From Nostoc sp. (lineage in GTDB: Bacteria; Cyanobacteriota; Cyanobacteriia; Cyanobacteriales; Nostocaceae), in contig JBALDB010000056.1 of assembly GCA_036918135.1 (NCBI GenBank), positions 320,001 through 384,000 on the forward strand: a stretch of DNA of 64,000 bases. The letters are read 5' to 3'. Under the pieces are notes generated by a model, which ran no database searches, was not told the origin of the DNA, and worked only from the letters and a program-made list of their open reading frames with translations. Each line of letters opens with the position of its first letter. Within the stretch, counting starts at the first letter, position 1. This document shows, in pieces, positions 9,442-17,659 of the stretch. Both the position numbers and the translations under genes were made by a program.

Positions 9442-10288
9442 TCTTCTTCTTATTTTCGAGGGGAACGTATTTTCTGCCATAACGACTAGCAATTTTTTCT
9501 AAAATGCTTTCATCAACTCTGCTGAATCCATTTTTTAGAGAATGTAAAACTGCCTTAGTAAGTATCTTTACTAGAAGCCCGATTCGCGCACTTGTACTAA
9601 GTGCTAAAATCTCAAATATAGTCCCTTCAACTAAATTAGACGCTTCTGGAAGAGATAGAATATCCAATTCAATTGTACTTAATGTCTTCTTAAAATCCTC
9701 ATATTCCAGACGTTCAAACTCATACAGTGTTGGAAAAACTGTCAATAAATCACAATCTTGCAAGATATCGTCTAATTCCTTACCTCCAACTAAGACAATA
9801 GGAATATTAGATTCTTCAAAAAGTTGCTTTAAGTCTAAAAACGCCTCTTTTTGAAGATTTTCAGCATTATCAATAATCACAATTTCTAGCCCAAATAGCT
9901 CCAGACTACCAGCTAATCTTGGACGTAAATCTTGTCGCTTACCTGTTGGTGCGGCATGGTTAATATCCTTCAGTATTTGTGAAAATAGACGTTTAGAACT
10001 GGATGCTGACCAAGCTTTTACATAGGAAACTCGTTTTTTATCCTCATCTCGATAGTGAAGCGATGCCCGACTTTTACCAACATCTCTTGGGCCAATGATT
10101 CGACCACATTGTTTGAGGAGACGCAGTTCATCTAACCATCTGAAGCATTCCGAAGCCCGATCAGTTGTGATAAAACAACTTCTAAAAAGTTCCTCAATAT
10201 CAATAGTTTTAGCAATTTGATCATTCAGGTCTAACTTTGGGGCTAGGACTTCAACAAAGGATTGAGTTGCAAGTTGCGATCGCGCCAT
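9434..10288 (-). CDS. tnsC: TnsC AAA+ ATPase
   Basis: Walker A GPRDVGKS, Walker B variant IVIIDNAE; lies between tnsB and tniQ. Confidence 0.92.
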   Translation of the reverse strand: MARSQLATQSFVEVLAPKLDLNDQIAKTIDIEELFRSCFITTDRASECFRWLDELRLLKQCGRIIGPRDVGKSRASLHYRDEDKKRVSYVKAWSASSSKRLFSQILKDINHAAPTGKRQDLRPRLAGSLELFGLEIVIIDNAENLQKEAFLDLKQLFEESNIPIVLVGGKELDDILQDCDLLTVFPTLYEFERLEYEDFKKTLSTIELDILSLPEASNLVEGTIFEILALSTSARIGLLVKILTKAVLHSLKNGFSRVDESILEKIASRYGRKYVPLENKKKNE

Positions 10289-10291
10289 AAT

Positions 10292-12157
10292 TTACCAAAT
10301 CTTTTTCAAGTTTTTTTGACTGTTAGAGACTACTAACTTATGTCTCTGCTCTTCTTGAGTATTAGTTTGTGTTGAAATATTTTCCTGTGGTTGTGGTTCT
10401 ATCTTCTCAATTTTAATTTCTTCCCTGCAAACTCTCTCAGGTAAAAGTTCCTGATTTTCTTCTTTACTTAAAGATTTTGAAGCCCTACTTTTGCGTAGTT
10501 CAATAAGATTTGAGCTTTTCTTAGATATAGAACGTAGACGTTTTTGCTCTGCTCTTCTTTTTTCCTTTTTGTCTTGTTTGCGCTCTTCTACAAGTTCCTT
10601 GCGTTTACCTAATGCTGATAAGGCATCATAATTAAAATGCTCCTTACGAGCTTTACTGCGCTGTCTATTCAGGGCTTTTAACTCTTCTAAACTCAGGTCA
10701 TGAGTATCCATGTTGACGGCATGAGCATAGCCCAAGAAATCTTCTAAATTATCATCAGTTTCGCAACTGTAAACATATAAAGTAAGGATATGGTTGGGGT
10801 CATATCTCAGCGTCACATATTCACCTTTATATATCTTGAGTAATTCTCCTCGATAAATCAGGTTTTCAAACTGTATAGAGCCATGAGCTTGAACAACTCG
10901 TTGCGCTTCTTTCATTAAACAGATATCCAATTCTCGCTCATCCAAAGGCTCAGGTAGCTTTTCTCCCATTCCCTTGAACCAGCGTTCAAATCTCGTATCA
11001 CGAGGATCTTTAGGATAAGGCTTGTGGTTATAAATATCACAAAAGAAACTAGCGAGAATTTTGTCCAAATCCTGTATTGTCAAACAGGCTTCTTTCTCTG
11101 CATTTTCGGGGCGTTCCTGAACATTTGCCCCTGTATAACCAGGTAAATCTTTGAGAACTTGAGTATTAACAGTTTTAAAAATGCGTTCTACAATACCGCC
11201 TTCGGGAGGGCGATCGCGTAGTTCACACTGAAATCCTAGTTTCTTACCAATGGCTTTAAGATGTTTTGAGCGAAAATCTTTTCCACCATCAGTAAAAAAA
11301 TATTGAAAAGGAGGCCCGTATATTTGCCAAACTTTATTTAGCTCATAATCTTCAGGATATGTTTTGGGCAAAATAGCGTGTCTTAGGGCTAAAGCCACCT
11401 CTGTAGAACCTGGTTGTTTGATCCATAAGCGGAACCCAACAACACAGCTTGAATAAGTATCCACAATAGTAGTTAACCAAGGACGCTCAGATAATAAATT
11501 ACCATCACTATCAACTATGCAAATATCTAATTTAGTATGGTCACACTGAATGATTTGGTTACTAAAGTTAGCCCTTAGTAGCTGTCCATCTCGTGTTACC
11601 ACTGTCATCCAAGATCTCGAACCAGGATTTCTAACTTTTATCTTTTTTGTATGTTGTTCGATTAAAGGATCTAAAATTCTATAAACAGTAGCTTGATGAG
11701 GATAATCTCCTGGTTTAAGTTTAAGATCCACACTCGCGTGCCGCTCCACTTCACGAACTATAGATGCTGGTGAAATTGGATGTTTATTTTTAATACTTTC
11801 TTCATAAATTGTTTTAATAAATTCTTGCCAGTATTCGCTGACTCTATGCTTTCCCTTATCTGAGCGTTGAACACCTGCTGATTCTAATAACCTATCATCA
11901 TGGTATTGCTTGAGAAGACGTTCCACCTGTCGAGTAGAAACCTCCAGGGTATCTGCAACAGCCTGCTTTCTCTGAGACTTGATCGTGCGATTCGGTGATT
12001 CCGCAAGCCAGTGGATTAGATTAAATGTCAGTTTATGCCTATCTGATACTTCCAGAATGATTTGGGATGGATCTACAACAAAATTACTCTTATCAAGAAA
12101 GATAGCATCTGGAGCTTGCGTTAATTCTTCCATGAATTCAAATTGTTTGTCTGCCAT
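10292..12157 (-). CDS. tnsB: TnsB DDE transposase (Mu-like)
   Basis: QCDHT, RPWLTTIVDTYS, FTDGGKDF and GGIVER catalytic motifs; Mu-transposase C-terminal LRYDP; probable start ATG at 12157. Confidence 0.95.
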   Translation of the reverse strand: MADKQFEFMEELTQAPDAIFLDKSNFVVDPSQIILEVSDRHKLTFNLIHWLAESPNRTIKSQRKQAVADTLEVSTRQVERLLKQYHDDRLLESAGVQRSDKGKHRVSEYWQEFIKTIYEESIKNKHPISPASIVREVERHASVDLKLKPGDYPHQATVYRILDPLIEQHTKKIKVRNPGSRSWMTVVTRDGQLLRANFSNQIIQCDHTKLDICIVDSDGNLLSERPWLTTIVDTYSSCVVGFRLWIKQPGSTEVALALRHAILPKTYPEDYELNKVWQIYGPPFQYFFTDGGKDFRSKHLKAIGKKLGFQCELRDRPPEGGIVERIFKTVNTQVLKDLPGYTGANVQERPENAEKEACLTIQDLDKILASFFCDIYNHKPYPKDPRDTRFERWFKGMGEKLPEPLDERELDICLMKEAQRVVQAHGSIQFENLIYRGELLKIYKGEYVTLRYDPNHILTLYVYSCETDDNLEDFLGYAHAVNMDTHDLSLEELKALNRQRSKARKEHFNYDALSALGKRKELVEERKQDKKEKRRAEQKRLRSISKKSSNLIELRKSRASKSLSKEENQELLPERVCREEIKIEKIEPQPQENISTQTNTQEEQRHKLVVSNSQKNLKKIW

Positions 12158-12217
12158 TGCAGTGAAAAACACTCATGAATAATTAAAGTACTAATGTACC
12201 ATTAATTGACTAAGAAT

Positions 12218-12425
12218 GCGACATACAATTTGAAAAATGTGTAAATATTAACAAACGACATCTAATTTGAGAATATAAAATTTGCGACAGAGAAAATGCG
12301 AATTAAGCAAATTTATTTTCCGTGTGAGTAAATAGTTTATAATCCTTACAGGATAAAGGTTTTAGATATTTAAATGCGGTTGCGACACTATCTGCGAATT
12401 GCGACATATAATTTGCGAATGTACA
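12218..12425. repeat. tnsB-proximal transposon end with five TnsB-binding sites and terminal TGTACA
   Basis: CGACA..TTTG(C/A)GAA-type motifs at 12219, 12256, 12285, 12383 and 12402; TGTACA at 12420-12425; helicase coding sequence resumes directly after. Confidence 0.88.
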
Positions 12426-13663
12426 GCTTGCAAGAATTAAAGTCATATCCTCAAAGAGTCTTAGTAGCTACCGATTGTTTGAGTGAAGGCGTAAACCTTC
12501 AATCTCACTTCAGTGCAGTAATTCACTACGATTTACCCTGGAACCCCAATCGTTTGGAACAACGAGAGGGACGTATTGACCGCTACGGTCAAACTGCAAG
12601 TCAAGTTAAGACCTTGCTGCTTTACGGTTCAGATAATCCGGTGGATGGTGCAGTTTTAGATGTGCTAATTCGCAAGGCTGTACAAATTCATAAGACTTTG
12701 GGAATTACCGTCCCCGTACCAATGGACAGCACTACAGTGTCGGAAGCTGTTTTTAAATCTTTGTTTGACCGCGCTCATGATGCGGTGCAATTGTCTCTAT
12801 TGGATTTGTTAGATGAACAGGAATCTGCTGTTGAGCAAGTCAGTAAAAATTGGGATAAAGCTGTAGAACGAGAAAAGATTAGCCGTACCCGCTTTGCTCA
12901 ACGGTCAATCAAACCTGCGGAAGTAGAGCAAGAGCTAATTGAATCTGAGCAAATTCTAGGTAGTGAACAGGATGTGCAACGGTTCGTGTTGTCAGCCGCA
13001 AATCGCCTATCTTGTTCGTTAACTAAGAAAAAACAAAATTGGTTACTCTCCACAATTCCTAATTTTCTCCAGCCTTCACTGGGGGATAAGTCACGCTTGT
13101 TTACCTTTACAACTCCTACACCAGAAGGGGTGGAATATGTAGGACGGAATCACCCTTTGGTAGAAGGTTTAGCACGTCACATTATTGAAGATGCACTTTC
13201 AAATAATCAAAACCCCATCGCAGCGCGGTGTGGTTTTACTACAACCGATACTGTCACCAAGCGCACGACTTTACTATTAGTGCGGCTACGGCATTTGTTA
13301 AACAGTCCCAAACACCAAAGTTTGCTGGCGGAAGAGTGTGCAGTAGTTGGATTTACAGGCCCGCCATCAAATCCCATCTGGCTGACACCAGAGGAAGCAA
13401 AATCTCTACTGGAACAAGCTAATCCTGTGGGTGATGCACCTCCGGGTATCAAAAAAGCGGAAATTGAAGACTTACTCAGCCAAATAACAGAGATTGAATC
13501 TGATTTAGAACTATTTGCTAGAGAACGATCGCATTCTCTTTCCCAATCACATCGGCGAGTCAGAGCCATTACCCAAGAAGGGCAGATTCAGGTTAAACCC
13601 CAGCTACCGATGGACATTCTAGGCGTTTACATTCTCCAGCCGGGAAAAATTCGTAATTCGTAA
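12426..13663 (+). pseudogene. SNF2-family helicase, C-terminal part, interrupted by the transposon insertion (DrmD-like)
   Basis: VLVATDCLSEGVNLQ...HYDLPWNPNRLEQREGRIDRYGQ helicase-C motifs begin right at the transposon end; the N-terminal ATPase lobe is absent. Confidence 0.88.
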
Positions 13664-13696
13664 TTTTTTAGACAAGTTTTAAGAATAAGGGTGTGA

Positions 13697-16600
13697 GTGA
13701 TGAGTGTAGCAGGGATTACTTTAACTGGTATTCAGATTGAAGGTAATTTGTTAGCAGCAGATATGACTGCCGAATTGCTGGCGGGTAATCTGAGAGGACA
13801 AGCATCAGAGGATTTTGGTTTTAGTAAAACCGACAAACTAGCAGATGAAATTGCGATCGCCTGGGGTGATGCTAAAGCTTATTGGGCTGCATTTCAACGG
13901 CAATTAGACAGGTTAGATGCCGATGACACCGCTACCAGCGTCACCCGCGAATTGTGGGTAGTTCCCTTACTACGAAGTCTCGGATATAACCCTGTTTACA
14001 CCGCAAAAGCCGAAGTCGTGGAAGGACAAACTTATGCGATTTCCCATCGTGCAGAACCAGGAGAGAATAAGCCACCTATCCACATTATTGGTTGTCGAGT
14101 CAAGGTAGACCATCGTCCACCCAGTGGCACACCCAGGTTATCAGCACACGCACTCGTGCAGGAGTATCTTAACAAGACAGAACATTTGTGGGCGATCGCA
14201 ACTAATGGTTATCGCTGGCGGTTACTGCGCGACTCTTCGTTGATGACTCGTCTTACTTATATCGAATTTGACTTAGAACAGATTCTCAACGGTGAGAACT
14301 TTGCCGAATTTGGGCTATTTTATCGGTTGTTTCACCGTTCGCGCTTGCCTGAAGGTGTGGATGATGCCGATAAGTGCTTGCTGGAATATTACCACCAAGA
14401 AGCACTACAACAGGGCGGACGGGTACGCGACAGACTTCGAGATGGGGTTGAAAAAGCATTAATACAGCTAGGCACAGGTTTTCTCCAACATCCAAGTAAT
14501 GAAAATTTGCGGCAGAAGCTAACGGGGTAGATATAAATCCCTTAGCTGTTGATTTATGCAAAGTAGCATTATGGATTGAAGGCTTTTCTCGCGGCTTTCC
14601 TCTTAACTTTTTAGACCACAGGATTAGGTGTGGTAATTCCCTTGTGGGAGTAATGGATTTAAGTTGCTTGGATGCAGGAATTCCTGATGAAGCGTTTAAG
14701 CCAGTAACAGGTGATGATAAAACACTATCAACACAGTTTAAAAAACGGAATAAAAAAGAACGTGAACAAAAAGGACAACTATCAATTGATGAGAAATTAA
14801 AAACTGATAGTGTAGATTATGCAGAAATGTGGCGACAGTTAGGGATAATTCCTGAAACCACGCCACAACAAGTTAAATATAAGCAAAAGCAATATCAAGA
14901 GAATCTGCAAGAATCGAGTTGGTGGTTGAAATATTCTGCTTGCAACTTATGGACAGCAGTATTTTTTATGCCACTAACTGAGCATTATTTACAATTACTA
15001 CCTACAACTGAAGCATTGAACCGTTTAAAGCGTGAAAAAGTAGAAAAAATTCATAAATCAGATGATAATTACGAATTACGAATTACAAATTATGAATTAA
15101 ATAAGGTTGTAGATGCAGCGAATAAGTTAGCTGAAGAAAAGCATTTCTTTCACTGGTGTTTAGAATTTCCCGAAGTGTTTGAACAAGGTGGATTTAATTG
15201 TGTGTTGGGAAATCCACCTTGGGAACGGATTAAATTACAAGAGAAAGAGTTTTTTGCTTCTCAAAGTGCGGAAATTGCTAATGCTGTAAATAAGGCAGCG
15301 CGGGAGAAGTTGATTAAGGAATTACCCAAGAAAAATCCTGAATTAGCACAAGCTTTTGAAGAAGCGAAACATGATGCAGAGGCACAAAGTAAATTTATTC
15401 GGGAGTCGGATAGATTTCCCTTAACTGCGGTGGGGGATATTAATACTTATGCTATTTTTGCTGAAACTACTAGAAAGCTAATCTCATCCGATGGAAGAGT
15501 TGGGGTAATAGTTCCTACTGGAATCGCAACTGATGACACTTGTAAAAAGTTCTTTGGAGATTTGACGCAGAAACAAGCTTTAGCAAGTCTGTATGATTTT
15601 GAAAATCGGGAACGTTTATTTACTGCTGTAGATAGCCGCATGAAATTTTCTCTGTTGGCTATTAGTGGTAAACCAATCAAACGAGGTAATTTTGCCTTTT
15701 TTCTAACTCAAACTAAACAGTTAGATAATCAATCACGCTTGTTTCAGCTTACACCTCAAGATATTGCTTTAATTAATCCTAATACTCTCACTTGTCCAAT
15801 TTTTAGAACTAGTCAGGATGCAGAATTAACCAAAAAAATCTATCAGCGTGTTCCTGTTTTGGAAAATGAAATAACAGGGAGTAATCCTTGGGGTATTTCA
15901 TTTATGACAATGTTTCATATGTCAAATGATAGCGGTTTATTTAAAAATGAGGCGGGTAATGGTTTAGTTCCACTTTATGAAGCGAAGATGTTTCACCAAT
16001 TTACTCACCGTTGGGCAACTTATACAGATAATGGCGATACTCGTGATTTGACTGATGAGGAAAAGGGTAATGCGTCTTTTGTTGTTCAACCGCGTTATTG
16101 GGTGAGTCAGGTTGAGGTGGAAAATAAGTTAGCTGAAAAATGGGATAAAGATTGGCTTTTAAGTTTTAGAGATATTTGTAGGTCAACTGATGAACGTACT
16201 GCAATTTTCAGCTTATTACCTAAAGTAGCATTAGGAAATACCTCTCCTATATGTTTTATATTACAAAAATATATATTTAAAATAACTTGTCTAGTAGCTA
16301 ATTGTAGCAGTTTAGTTTTTGACTTTGTTACTCGTCAAAAAATAGGATGAACACATTTAACTTATTTTTATCTCAAACAACTCCCCGTTCTTTCCCCAGA
16401 ATTATACACCCCAGAAGATATCAAATTTATTAGCGATCGCGTCCTCGAATTAGTCTACACTGCCTGGGATATGCAACCCTTCGCCAAAGACATGGGATAT
16501 GACGGCGAACCCTTCATTTGGAATCCTAACAGACGCGCATTATTAAGAGCAGAACTAGACGCATATTACGCCAAACTCTACGGACTCACCCGTGATGAAC

Positions 16601-16749
16601 TGCGATATATTCTAGATCCTGCTGATGTCTACGGTGCAGACTTCCCCAGTGAAACATTCCGCGTTTTAAAGAATAACGAAATTAAACAGTTTGGTGAATA
16701 TCGCACACAAAGGTTAGTGCTAGAGGCATGGGATAAAATGTTTAAATAA
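13697..16749 (+). pseudogene. Eco57I/type IIG-like N6-adenine methyltransferase (restriction-methylase), with internal deletion/frameshift near 14525 and a premature stop at 16348-16350
   Basis: WAIATNG.RWRLLRD N-terminus; GVDINPLAVDLCK...CGNSLVG resumes out of frame; GNPPW motif IV present but no DPACGSG motif I; KIG*THL stop with homology continuing in frame to 16749. Confidence 0.85.
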
Positions 16750-16765
16750 TTCGTAATTCGTAATT

Positions 16766-17554
16766 ATGAAAACAGATGCGATTTTTTATGAGATATTTAA
16801 AGAGTTTCCTAACATTTTCTTTGAAATTATTGGTAAAGCAGATACCAACACAAATATCTATGAGTTTAATGCACCAGAAGTTAAACAAAAAAGCTTTCGA
16901 TTAGACGGAGTATTTTCTCCTTTAGAAAAATTTATTAATGAACCACTGTACTTTGTCGAGATTCAGTTTTATAAAGACGAAGGATTTTATGACCGATTAT
17001 TTACAAGTATTTTCCTTTACTTTACTCAATATCAACCACCTAACCCTGACTGGTTCGCCATAGTTATCTATGACAAACGTAGCAATGAACGTAGCTATCC
17101 CCAACGTTATCGTTCCTTATTGGAACCTCATCTACGTCGCTTTTACCTAGATGAACTTGACGACGCACCAGATAATTCTCTGGGAATAGGAATTGTACGC
17201 TTAGTTGTAGAGAGTGAAAATAAAGCCGGAGAATTCGCCAAAAACCTAATTGACAAAGCTAAAAAGGAATTGACAGACACTCTCATTCAAAGAAAAGTTA
17301 TAGAATTTATAGAGACAATAGTAGTCTACAAGTTTCCTAACTTAAGCCGCGAGGAAATAGAAATTATGCTGAATTTAAACTTGCTGAAAGAAACTAGAGT
17401 TTATCAAGAAGCAAAAGAAGAAGGTAAGCAAGAAGGAAAACTGGAAACCAAATTTCAAATTATACCAATTTTGCTGGAACTAGGATTAAGTGTTCAACAA
17501 ATTGCTGAACGTTTAGAACTAGATGTGGAGGAAGTAAGAAAAGTTGCAGAATAA
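16766..17554 (+). CDS. Rpn family recombination-promoting nuclease / putative transposase (DUF2887-like)
   Basis: MKTD.IFY.IF, EVKQ.SFRLDGVF, FVEIQF, ETRVYQEAKEEGK.EGKLE. Confidence 0.85.
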   Translation: MKTDAIFYEIFKEFPNIFFEIIGKADTNTNIYEFNAPEVKQKSFRLDGVFSPLEKFINEPLYFVEIQFYKDEGFYDRLFTSIFLYFTQYQPPNPDWFAIVIYDKRSNERSYPQRYRSLLEPHLRRFYLDELDDAPDNSLGIGIVRLVVESENKAGEFAKNLIDKAKKELTDTLIQRKVIEFIETIVVYKFPNLSREEIEIMLNLNLLKETRVYQEAKEEGKQEGKLETKFQIIPILLELGLSVQQIAERLELDVEEVRKVAE

Positions 17555-17602
17555 CAATAAATATTTTGTTATTTTCCGTGTGTATAACGGGAAATATAGT
17601 AG

Positions 17603-17634
17603 ATAGGGTGCGTTAGATCGTTAACGCACCCTAT
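17603..17634. repeat. REP-like perfect hairpin / possible terminator
   Basis: ATAGGGTGCGTTA-6 nt-TAACGCACCCTAT. Confidence 0.7.
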
Positions 17635-17659
17635 TTATTAAAAGTTAGAATCAAATTAT

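Larger units (their letters stand above)
1..12425 (-). mobile_element. Tn7-like transposon of type V-K CAST organisation (younger element); the other end, cas12k and the array are expected beyond the window start
   Basis: tnsB-tnsC-short tniQ operon without tnsA, a TGTACA terminus with repeated TnsB sites upstream of tnsB, and defence-type cargo downstream of tniQ. Confidence 0.85.

Noticed and set aside
12374..12425. N-terminus of the 429-aa ORF (MRLRHYLRIATYNLRMY)
   Set aside because: It is read-through of the transposon end; helicase homology starts after 12425
12494..12497. GGTT PAM on the minus strand 68 bp from the transposon end as evidence of guided insertion
   Set aside because: In V-K CASTs the PAM-proximal end is the CRISPR-proximal one, not the tnsB-proximal end seen here, and GTN is too common to be informative
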